A stretch of DNA of 32,000 nucleotides from Gordonia phage Frizzle: sequence record PV366775.1. The stretch is one strand, 5' to 3'. The notes under the pieces are model-generated. The model had not been told where the DNA came from. It searched no databases and saw only the letters and a list, made by a program, of their open reading frames with translations. A program made the translations under genes and the position numbers. Shown one piece after another: positions 18,778 through 25,978 of this stretch (within the stretch, counting starts at the first letter, position 1; every line of letters starts with the position of its first letter).

Positions 18778-19907
18778 CGGAAACTCCTTCGCTGGACCTC
18801 TCGGTAGACCGCCTCGGGGTGCTCCCCGGCGACCAAGCGTCGGTTGAGCTCGTGGAAAGGCGACTCCACCTCGTAGTAGGGCAGGTTGCTCTCGGGGGTC
18901 CAACCCGAGTCGAAGTCGAAACCGGCGAACAGCTCCGACAGGTAGAACGTCAGGTGCTGCAGGTCCAGCCAGGCGGTGCGCTCGACCGAGGAGTTGGTCA
19001 GGTCGCGTTCCCACCACTGGGTGTGTGCCGTCTCCAGCAAGGCCGACAGGTTCGAGCGCGCGACGCGAGCCAGGCCGCAGACCTGCTCGGAGGTCAACGG
19101 GTTGCGCTTGTGCGGGAGGCTCGAGCTGCCTTTCTGTTCGCCGACAGCGAACACCTCGCGGTGCTCGCCCACGACGGCCGAGAGCCGGTGGTAGGTCGCG
19201 AGCTGCTCGTAGACCCCGACCAGCTGGACCAGGTTGAAGGCGACCTCGGCCAGTCGGTGGCGGTCGGCCGTTTGAGTCGAGTCGTAGTCCAGCTCCAGGT
19301 CCAGGGACTTGGCCGCGTTCACGGCCTGCTCCAGCGACAGGAACTCGGAGAACTCCCCGACCGGACCGGACAAGTTCGCCCGCAGTCGCAGGTTCGCCAA
19401 CTGGGTAAAGCTCGAGAGCAGGTCGCGTGCGGCTCGGGCGTACAGCGACTTGACCGGGACCCGCTCGTGGGTGGACACCCCGTGGGTCCGCGCGACGCGG
19501 TCGCCGGGGTCGGCGGCAACCAGCTTGCGCAAAACCTGCTGAACCGGCCGTCGCAGCTCGCTCAGCAGCAACTGCCAGGCCACCGCCTCGGCCGTGTCCT
19601 GTAGGTCCGAGCTGGTCAGGCCCAAGTAGACCTCGTGTGGTCGCTGCACCAGCGAGCGCAGGACCTCCACGTAGGCCGCTGTCTCGTGTCGGGTGACTCT
19701 CTCTACCTCCTCCCAGGCTTCTGGGGCCACTGTCACCTGGAGCAGTTCAGTGGCGGTCTCGGAGAACCCCTGGGCTCGAGCGACGGCCGACAGGACCTTG
19801 CGGTACAGCAGGTCGAGACCCTCGCGGGAGTGGAGGTTCGTTACTTTGGGTGACTGGTACTTGGGGTGCACACCGAACAGACTACCAGACACTAGGGTAG
19901 GGGACAC
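18774..19907 (-). CDS. purB: adenylosuccinate lyase family protein (PurB-like)
   Basis: Signature GSSSLPHKRNPLTSEQ; YLGLTSSDLQDTAEA; ARTHGVSTHERVPVKSL; ~377 aa. Confidence 0.85.
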   Translation of the reverse strand: MSPTLVSGSLFGVHPKYQSPKVTNLHSREGLDLLYRKVLSAVARAQGFSETATELLQVTVAPEAWEEVERVTRHETAAYVEVLRSLVQRPHEVYLGLTSSDLQDTAEAVAWQLLLSELRRPVQQVLRKLVAADPGDRVARTHGVSTHERVPVKSLYARAARDLLSSFTQLANLRLRANLSGPVGEFSEFLSLEQAVNAAKSLDLELDYDSTQTADRHRLAEVAFNLVQLVGVYEQLATYHRLSAVVGEHREVFAVGEQKGSSSLPHKRNPLTSEQVCGLARVARSNLSALLETAHTQWWERDLTNSSVERTAWLDLQHLTFYLSELFAGFDFDSGWTPESNLPYYEVESPFHELNRRLVAGEHPEAVYREVQRRSFR

Positions 19908-19990
19908 AAGACCAGCCTTGCCGTGTACACCGGACGTACACGACGTACACGGTGAACACCGGCTGTGAACACCCCCTCGAGGGTGCTCCG

Positions 19991-20009
19991 TCGCAGGTCA
20001 GAGGGGGTG
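19991..20009 (+). repeat. 19-bp direct repeat copy 1
   Basis: TCGCAGGTCAGAGGGGGTG. Confidence 0.85.
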
Positions 20010-20084
20010 AGAGGGTCTTCTGTGAACACTGTGAACGTTCACGCCGGGGCGAGAGAGGTCGGGAGCGCGTGTGTGCGTAGGTGC

Positions 20085-20124
20085 GCTCGTACGTGCTCGT
20101 ACGTGCTCGCTTACGCTCGTGCGA
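20085..20124 (+). repeat. 10-bp tandem repeat, four units
   Basis: GCTCGTACGT GCTCGTACGT GCTCGCTTAC GCTCGTGCGA. Confidence 0.7.
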
Positions 20125-20294
20125 GTGCGCGCGTTTACTCTCTCTCTTCTCTCTTCTTCTGTTAACTGTAAACGTTAAGGGTTTTTGTTAACAGCGCGAG
20201 CGCTCGCGCACGCTCGCGCGAGTACGCGTACGCGCACGCGTTCCGGTGTGTGTCGGGTTCGAGAGGTGTTCACAACGTTCACAGAGGTCTTTCT

Positions 20295-20313
20295 TCGCAG
20301 GTCAGAGGGGGTG
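20295..20313 (+). repeat. 19-bp direct repeat copy 2
   Basis: TCGCAGGTCAGAGGGGGTG, identical to 19991-20009. Confidence 0.85.
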
Positions 20314-20342
20314 CCAGGGGGGTTCACGGCTGTTGACACTGG

Positions 20343-20359
20343 GTGTTCACAGTGAACAC
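20343..20359. promoter_or_regulatory. operator-like palindrome
   Basis: GTGTTCAC-A-GTGAACAC perfect 8-bp arms, nearest to the rightward operon. Confidence 0.6.
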
Positions 20360-20439
20360 TGGCCAAGCCGGGGCTGGTCCCCGCAGCTACGCTAGGGTAG
20401 ACTGAGAGACGCTAGAGTCACTACTACGAAGGAGGACAG

Positions 20440-20706
20440 GTGGAGGTCACCTGGACGGAGAAGAACCCGACCCCGCGAGCGCGCTCGGCCGAAGAGGTCT
20501 CGGCCTTGCTGCAGGAACTGGAGGCTCACCCAGGGGAGTGGGCAGTCTACTCGGAGCACAAGACCCGAGGAGCCGCCCGCCAGCGAGTGCACGCGCTGAA
20601 GTCCAGCCGCGTGTACGAGGGCAAGCCGCTGGAGTGGAGCACGAAACGAACCGAACCCGGCAACGTGCTGGCACCGGTCCAGGTCCTGGTCCGCTGGGTC
20701 AAGTGA
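20440..20706 (+). CDS. hypothetical protein
   Basis: 88 aa, GTG start with GGAGGA Shine-Dalgarno, first gene of rightward block. Confidence 0.75.
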   Translation: MEVTWTEKNPTPRARSAEEVSALLQELEAHPGEWAVYSEHKTRGAARQRVHALKSSRVYEGKPLEWSTKRTEPGNVLAPVQVLVRWVK

Positions 20707-20735
20707 ACTGACTGCCCTAGGAAGAGAGTCAGCCA

Positions 20736-20999
20736 GTGCAAAGAGTGAACCGAGCCGGTGGACCTACGAGTCCCGGTAGTTTCCCCGTGGTCGACGTGCT
20801 GTACGAGGAGGGGGTCGGAGGGCTGCGCCTGCTCGAGCCCGAGCAGCTGTTCCTGCGGCAGGACGGCAAGTTGCTGTTCTTCTACCCGACCAGCCCGGAC
20901 GTGCCGGACCAAGAGTGGGCGGTAAACGTCGACCGAGTAGTTACGCTGCAGTACCGCTGGACCTGCGTCCTGGAAGAGAGCGACTTTGTCCGTGACTGA
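20736..20999 (+). CDS. hypothetical protein
   Basis: 87 aa; start may be GTG 20736 or 20745; end overlaps polymerase start. Confidence 0.65.
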   Translation: MQRVNRAGGPTSPGSFPVVDVLYEEGVGGLRLLEPEQLFLRQDGKLLFFYPTSPDVPDQEWAVNVDRVVTLQYRWTCVLEESDFVRD

Positions 21000-22917
21000 A
21001 GTGAGAGACCTGAGCGACCTGCCGCCCAGCCAGGCTCTGCCCGAGCCGAGCTCGGTGACCGACCTGGTGGACTTCGACACCGAGACCTCGGGCCTGCACT
21101 GCGACGACGGAGCACGTGTCTCGGTAGTCTCGCTGGCCTGGCGTGGACACGACGACGTGCTGTACGCAGGAGCGTGGCCCTTCGGGCAGGGAGGTCACCC
21201 GAAGGCCAGCGAGGGCCTAGAGCGCGTGTACGACCTGGGCCAGGCCGAGTGGGACTTCCTGCTGGACTGGCTCGCTCGCGCAGGTGGCGGGCTGTGTGGA
21301 CACAACGTGGCGTTCGACCTGCAGCTGGTCAACGGCGGAGCGAAACCGGGCTACGCGGGACGCAACCTCACCCCGCGCTTCCGCTGGGACACCCAGGTGG
21401 TGGCGAAGGAGCTGTGGCCCAGGTACAAGACCGGGCTTAAGCCGCTGGCGGTGCGCTTCTTCGCCGAGGACGCGGACGCGGAGCAAAAAGCTCTGGGACC
21501 CTGGCTCGGACCAAAGACCAACCCGCGTTACGACCTGGTCCCCTGGGAGGTGATGCGACCTTACGCGCTGGCGGACGCGGTCTACACGAACCGGCTGCGA
21601 CACCTGGAGGCGGACTTGGTCGAGGAAGGTTACCTGGGCACCAAACACGTCGGGCGGCAGCTGGAAGTGACCCGCGCGCTGGTGCGGATGCAGCTGGCCG
21701 GACTGCCCTACCACGTGGAGGGTTCGAGGGAGGCTGCGGCCGAGCTCGAGGAGCGCATGCGGGTGTTGGCCGAGGGCTTCCCGTTCAAGCCGACTCCCCA
21801 GGGAGCCAAGAAGTACTACTTCACCGAGGAGGGTCTGAACCTCAAGCCCTACGCGCGGACCGAGAAGGGAGCTCCGCAGCTGACCCAGGAGGACGTGGAG
21901 AAGCTGGTTCGTGCCGAGCAGCCGCACGCCAAACAACTGCAGGAGTACAACCGGTACAAGTCGGCCGTCTCCAAGTGGTACCGGCCGTTTGCCGACCGTG
22001 CCGGCAAAGACGGCCGGGTTCGCTCGCAGCTGCGCCAGGTTGCCACCAGCTACGACACCGACGCGGGAACCAAGTCGGGACGCTTCTCAGCCGGTCGGAT
22101 CAACTTGCAGGCGGTACCGAAGGACTTTAAGCTGCACCTGCCGGTGCCGACCCCTCGGAACCTGGTCACGCGGGCGGTGCGCGAGAGCGCTCCGGGCTGG
22201 GACCTGTGGGACCTGGACCTGGCGCAGGCCGAGCTGCGGGTGGCCGCGCTCTACGCGGGTTGCAAACCGCTGCTGGAAGTCCTGAACGACGGCCGCGACC
22301 CCCACGGCGAGACTGCCGCCCAGTTGTTCGGGACACCGCCCGGACACCCGGACTACGACTTCAACCGGCAGGTCGCCAAACGCGGCAACTTCAGCCTGAT
22401 CTTCGGTTCCGGAGTGGACACGTTCCGGGCGATGGTGCAGCGCGAGGCCGGGGTGGACCTGGGTCGCCAACGCACCGAGGAGGTGGTGTACGGCTGGCGG
22501 GACCTGTACCCCGAGTTCGGCGAGGCGATCCGGGCACAGCAGGAGTTCTGTGACGAGTTCGGCTACGTGCAGTTGCCCAACGGCCGACGTCGCTACTACG
22601 AGAAGTACGAGGACACGCACTCGAGCTTCAACCAGCTGGTGCAGGCGAGCCTGGCCGAGTACGCCAAAGACTGGTTGGTCGACACCGACCAGCTACTGTT
22701 GCCCTACCGGCGACGTGGCGTGGAGGCCGGGGTCGGGCTCGCCGGTCTGCTGCTGGTAGTGCACGACTCCCAGTTGCTGTTGCTGCCCTCGGACGAGGCC
22801 GAAGAGGTGGTACACGAGGTCCAGGAGCGAGCGGTCAAGCTCTGGGACAACACGTTCCCCGGAGTGCCGGGGGGCGTCGACGCGACCCGTTGGGTCCTAC
22901 CTGAGGAGAAAAGCTAG
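20986..22917 (+). CDS. family A DNA polymerase with 3'-5' exonuclease domain (DpoZ candidate)
   Basis: Exo motifs VDFDTETSGL, LCGHNVAFDLQ, YALADAVYTNRL; pol motif A DLDLAQAELRVAA, motif B RQVAKRGNFSLIFGSG, motif C VVHDSQLLLLP; alternative start GTG 20992. Confidence 0.92.
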   Translation: MSVTEVRDLSDLPPSQALPEPSSVTDLVDFDTETSGLHCDDGARVSVVSLAWRGHDDVLYAGAWPFGQGGHPKASEGLERVYDLGQAEWDFLLDWLARAGGGLCGHNVAFDLQLVNGGAKPGYAGRNLTPRFRWDTQVVAKELWPRYKTGLKPLAVRFFAEDADAEQKALGPWLGPKTNPRYDLVPWEVMRPYALADAVYTNRLRHLEADLVEEGYLGTKHVGRQLEVTRALVRMQLAGLPYHVEGSREAAAELEERMRVLAEGFPFKPTPQGAKKYYFTEEGLNLKPYARTEKGAPQLTQEDVEKLVRAEQPHAKQLQEYNRYKSAVSKWYRPFADRAGKDGRVRSQLRQVATSYDTDAGTKSGRFSAGRINLQAVPKDFKLHLPVPTPRNLVTRAVRESAPGWDLWDLDLAQAELRVAALYAGCKPLLEVLNDGRDPHGETAAQLFGTPPGHPDYDFNRQVAKRGNFSLIFGSGVDTFRAMVQREAGVDLGRQRTEEVVYGWRDLYPEFGEAIRAQQEFCDEFGYVQLPNGRRRYYEKYEDTHSSFNQLVQASLAEYAKDWLVDTDQLLLPYRRRGVEAGVGLAGLLLVVHDSQLLLLPSDEAEEVVHEVQERAVKLWDNTFPGVPGGVDATRWVLPEEKS

Positions 22918-23207
22918 TGGCCGGAGAGTGGTGGTGTTTGGACCGGACGCGTTGGAACGCGCAAGCGACGGTCTCGACCGACACCCTGGGAGTGGAAGTT
23001 CACCCCTGGGGACGCGACGAGGTCCGAGCCTCGACGGTCTTGGTCTCGGTCGAGCTGGACTTCGGCGAGACCGGCAAGTCGCTGGAGGTGTTGGAGTGCT
23101 ACCAGGCGGAGGTTTCGGCTGACCGGCTTTACGTAAAGCCGAAACGCAGACCGCTGTTGCTGTGCTGGGAAGGTGCAGCCGACCCGACTAAGGAGAAGAG
23201 CAAGTGA
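22917..23207 (+). CDS. hypothetical protein
   Basis: 96 aa, GTG start overlapping previous TAG. Confidence 0.65.
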   Translation: MAGEWWCLDRTRWNAQATVSTDTLGVEVHPWGRDEVRASTVLVSVELDFGETGKSLEVLECYQAEVSADRLYVKPKRRPLLLCWEGAADPTKEKSK

Positions 23208-23983
23208 GAACCCGAGTGCTGTTGCTGCGTGGGACCGGCGAGTCCCAGGTCCACCCCGAACGTAACCTGTTGTGGGCAGTGGTGAGGCAACTGCCCGAGT
23301 CCTGGTCACGCGAAGAGGTGACCTACCCGGCCTCGATCAGCTTCGCCAACCAGAACCGGAACCTGTTCGGGGTCTCCGGCGACCGGTCGGTTCTGCTGGG
23401 GGTCGAGCAGCTGCGGGCTACCTTGCGCAACGCGCACCCGGACGACCGGTTCGTGGTCCTGGGCTACAGCCTGGGCGCGCTGGTGGGGACCAAGTTCCTG
23501 GAGTCGCTGGAACCGGTGTTGCGTTCAAAGGTGTTGGCAGCCGGGTTTGTCGCGAACCCGCTTCGACCAAAGGGGCTGTCGGCCGGTCGCGACGACGTCG
23601 GCGGTTTCGGCCTGGTCGACTCGGTCGAGTTGCCCTGGCTCGAGCGTCGGTGGGAGCTCGCGCGGCCGGACGACGTGGTCACTGCCGCTCGCGCGGACTC
23701 GCTGTTCCGACCCTGGGCCGAGGAGGTCCTGGCCTTCTCGGTCGCCAACCCTACACCAGCGGTCCAAAAGTTCTTCTGGGACACGCTGCTGGGTAAGAAC
23801 CAGCTACCGGTCGCCGCCCTGTTCGACGGCCGGTTCGAGCAGGCTACGAAGGACGCACGCGGGTACCTGTCGACCGCGCACACGCTGGGTTACGGTCTGC
23901 GACAGTGGAACTACTGGGGCTTGCAACTCTCGGCGACCGACTGGTTGGCAAAGAAGCTCCGGCAGACGCTCTTCGCGTACTGA
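23204..23983 (+). CDS. lysB: lysin B-like alpha/beta hydrolase (esterase)
   Basis: VLLLRGTGESQ, FVVLGYSLGALVGTKFL (GxSxG), GFVANPLRPKG; 259 aa. Confidence 0.7.
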   Translation: MRTRVLLLRGTGESQVHPERNLLWAVVRQLPESWSREEVTYPASISFANQNRNLFGVSGDRSVLLGVEQLRATLRNAHPDDRFVVLGYSLGALVGTKFLESLEPVLRSKVLAAGFVANPLRPKGLSAGRDDVGGFGLVDSVELPWLERRWELARPDDVVTAARADSLFRPWAEEVLAFSVANPTPAVQKFFWDTLLGKNQLPVAALFDGRFEQATKDARGYLSTAHTLGYGLRQWNYWGLQLSATDWLAKKLRQTLFAY

Positions 23984-23996
23984 CCGCGAGGGGTGA

Positions 23997-24030
23997 GGAG
24001 GCCCAGGCTGAGGGGTTGGCCTGGGCCTCC
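23997..24030 (+). terminator. terminator-like hairpin
   Basis: GGAGGCCCAGGC-N10-GCCTGGGCCTCC perfect 12-bp stem just after the lysB-like gene. Confidence 0.75.
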
Positions 24031-24073
24031 GCTGTGTGAGCCACTTCACACGAAACGAAACTTTGCGAAGTAC

Positions 24074-24103
24074 TTGTGGTAACGCGTAGTAACGTGGTAA
24101 ACT
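24074..24103 (+). promoter_or_regulatory. sigma70-like promoter P2
   Basis: TTGTGG-N18-TAAACT, 40 nt before ATG 24144. Confidence 0.65.
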
Positions 24104-24143
24104 TGTTTTACAAGCAAGGGAAACAACCAGCAAGGAGAACACC

Positions 24144-24383
24144 ATGGACGCCAAGACCACCGCCCAGGCCGTCGCCCTCATCGAGACCGGCTTCCAGCTC
24201 ATGGTCGCCAACCGGGCTCTGCCGCAGGCCGAGCGTTACGGCGACACCTTCACCGCCCTGCAGAAGCAGGCCGCTAAGGTCCGTCGCTTCGAGCGCAAGC
24301 ACAACGTGGTCCTCCCGGCCTGGGGCCAGTTCACCGCCCTGGAGCAGGTCGCTCCGGCCGTCACCGCGCGAGTCGCGAAGTGA
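24144..24383 (+). CDS. hypothetical protein
   Basis: 79 aa, ATG with AAGGAG Shine-Dalgarno and upstream promoter. Confidence 0.75.
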   Translation: MDAKTTAQAVALIETGFQLMVANRALPQAERYGDTFTALQKQAAKVRRFERKHNVVLPAWGQFTALEQVAPAVTARVAK

Positions 24384-24526
24384 GCGTCGAAGCAGTGGTG
24401 GTTCTGCTCTCGGTCGGCTTCCTGGCCTTCCTGCTGGTCCTGGGCCTGCTGGCCCAGTGGGCCGAGAGTCCGTACAGCTCGTGCCCGTCCTGGGTGCGCC
24501 AACTAGTTAGGTGGTTCGAGTCGTGA
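24380..24526 (+). CDS. small single-TM membrane protein
   Basis: MSVEAVVVLLSVGFLAFLLVLGLLAQWAESPYSSCPSWVRQLVRWFES, 48 aa, GTGA overlaps on both ends; below ORF-track length cutoff. Confidence 0.6.
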   Translation: MSVEAVVVLLSVGFLAFLLVLGLLAQWAESPYSSCPSWVRQLVRWFES

Positions 24527-24696
24527 GTCGACAGTACGCCAGGTTCGACCTGGTCCACCCCGAGTCCGACGAGCCGGTCGAGGTCGAGTGCGAGTGGTTC
24601 GCCCGCTGCACCAACCCGACCCGCGAGGCAGTGGAACACCCGGTTCTGGGACCGGTGCCCTGCTGCCAGCGCTGCCAGCGGTTGCTGGAGTTGTAG
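24523..24696 (+). CDS. small Cys-rich protein
   Basis: 57 aa, start GTG 24523; CEWFARC...CCQRCQRL. Confidence 0.55.
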   Translation: MSRQYARFDLVHPESDEPVEVECEWFARCTNPTREAVEHPVLGPVPCCQRCQRLLEL

Positions 24697-24845
24697 TGCT
24701 TCTGGTGCTGCAGCGCGGAAACACGCTGCTGGAGACCAGGCTCTGGGTCCTGACCCCCGGAAAGGTCCAGGTCCTGGTCCTCTCGCCGCTTCCGTTCCCA
24801 GACGGACGGCACCACGTACTGGTTTGCCGGTTCACACTTGCGTGA
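24696..24845 (+). CDS. small hypothetical protein
   Basis: 49 aa from GTG 24696, overlapping previous TAG; ends just upstream of P3. Confidence 0.45.
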   Translation: MLLVLQRGNTLLETRLWVLTPGKVQVLVLSPLPFPDGRHHVLVCRFTLA

Positions 24846-24867
24846 AAAGGTAGGGTACTGGTAAACT
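24838..24867 (+). promoter_or_regulatory. sigma70-like promoter P3
   Basis: TTGCGT-N18-TAAACT, 28 nt before GTG 24896. Confidence 0.6.
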
Positions 24868-24895
24868 AAAGTTAAGCGCAACGGAGGGAGTCACA

Positions 24896-25114
24896 GTGAA
24901 CACGAACAAGGTCGAGACGGTCGCACCGCAGCTGGTCAGCGAAGGCGACGTCCTGGTTTGGGGTGAAGAGCTCCGCGTGGTCACCGAGGTTCTCTGGTTC
25001 GAGGTCGCGCGGGTCGGCCGAGTTTACCGCTTCTGGTGCACCGACCTGGCGGGCAACCCGGTCGAGCGGGTCGACGTCCGGGCTCGGGGTCAGGTCGAGG
25101 TCGTTTTCGCTTAG
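24896..25114 (+). CDS. hypothetical protein
   Basis: 72 aa, GTG start with GGAGGGAG Shine-Dalgarno and promoter P3. Confidence 0.7.
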   Translation: MNTNKVETVAPQLVSEGDVLVWGEELRVVTEVLWFEVARVGRVYRFWCTDLAGNPVERVDVRARGQVEVVFA

Positions 25115-25152
25115 GACTTGAGGTCCCCTGGCAACTCGCCCGCACCGAAAAC

Positions 25153-25183
25153 TTGTGCAAACCAGGGTTAACCTGGTAAACTT
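25153..25183 (+). promoter_or_regulatory. sigma70-like promoter P4 with palindromic spacer
   Basis: TTGTGC-N19-TAAACT; spacer region contains 18-nt perfect palindrome ACCAGGGTTAACCCTGGT (25161-25178). Confidence 0.65.
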
Positions 25184-25220
25184 TCAGTTAGAGCAAGAAA
25201 CCAACACCCAAGGAGACACC

Positions 25221-25943
25221 ATGAACGCCAACACCACCACCGCCCCGGCCGTCGAGCTCACCGAGCTGCAGAAGCTCGCCCTGGAGCTGCTGGCCTACAA
25301 CAAGCCGCTGCCGGCAAAGGTCACCAAGCGGACCCTGAACTCGCTGGTCAACAAGGGCTGGGCCACCGTGGACGAGGCCGGTCTCTACTGGGTCACCGCA
25401 GCCGGACGCGAGGCCGTGGGCGTGACGGCCGAGCAGGCCGAGAAGCCGAAGAAGGCCAGTAAGGCCAAGCGTTGCGAGGACTGCGACGTGCTGCTCACCA
25501 GCCGCACCCGGACCTCCGGCACCATGCCCGAGTACACCCTGTGCAGCTACTGCGACGAGGCCGCAGGCTTCGAGAACTCGCACCAGGACGGAAACTCGGA
25601 GCTGGGCGACCACGCGGTCGGTTGCCGCGAGTGCGGCACCTACGACGCCTGCACCTACTGGGACGAGTACACTCCCGCGAAGAAGGGCAAGACCCCCAAG
25701 AACTGCGTCTGCGGTTGCGAGCAGCTGACCCGTGGCGGCAACTACCTGCCCGGACACGACGCTCGTCACGCGGGACACCTCGCTCGCCGCGTGGTCGAGG
25801 GACGCGAGACCCTGGAGCAGGCCCTGGAGCAGCTCCCCTGGGGAGCCGACAAGCTCGAGGCCAAGGTGCGCAAGTCGGTAGAGCTGGGTCTGGCCAAGGC
25901 CCAGGCCAAGGCTGAGAAGAAGGCCGCGAAGCAGGCCAAGTAA
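25221..25943 (+). CDS. Cys-rich (putative zinc-binding) protein with basic Lys/Ala-rich C-terminus
   Basis: ATG 25221 after AAGGAG; CEDCDVLL...CSYCDEA...CRECGTYDAC...CVCGCEQ; ORF-track start at 25155 precedes the promoter -10. Confidence 0.75.
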   Translation: MNANTTTAPAVELTELQKLALELLAYNKPLPAKVTKRTLNSLVNKGWATVDEAGLYWVTAAGREAVGVTAEQAEKPKKASKAKRCEDCDVLLTSRTRTSGTMPEYTLCSYCDEAAGFENSHQDGNSELGDHAVGCRECGTYDACTYWDEYTPAKKGKTPKNCVCGCEQLTRGGNYLPGHDARHAGHLARRVVEGRETLEQALEQLPWGADKLEAKVRKSVELGLAKAQAKAEKKAAKQAK

Positions 25944-25950
25944 GACCCCC

Positions 25951-25975
25951 GGAGGGGAGCCCAGAGCTCCCCTCC
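25951..25975 (+). terminator. terminator-like hairpin
   Basis: GGAGGGGAGC-CCAGA-GCTCCCCTCC perfect 10-bp stem. Confidence 0.7.
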
Positions 25976-25978
25976 CAA

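Larger units (their letters stand above)
19908..20439. other. repeat-rich divergent intergenic region; candidate replication origin/control region
   Basis: No credible ORF; multiple GTGAACAC motifs, palindromes, 10-bp tandem repeats, polypyrimidine tract, AT-rich island, 19-bp direct repeat; transcription diverges from it. Confidence 0.6.

Noticed and set aside
18819-19604. 261-aa ORF on + strand
   Set aside because: Antisense to purB, which has the GSSSLPHKRNP signature.
20085-20124. CRISPR array
   Set aside because: Units are contiguous 10-mers without spacers and there are no cas operon genes; the Cas4-like protein at 15857-16891 is a common phage replication nuclease.
20331-20359. TTGACA at 20334 as a standard -35 for the rightward operon
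   Set aside because: No convincing -10 at 16-18 nt spacing; the region is dominated by the GTGTTCAC-A-GTGAACAC palindrome, so the promoter position is left open.
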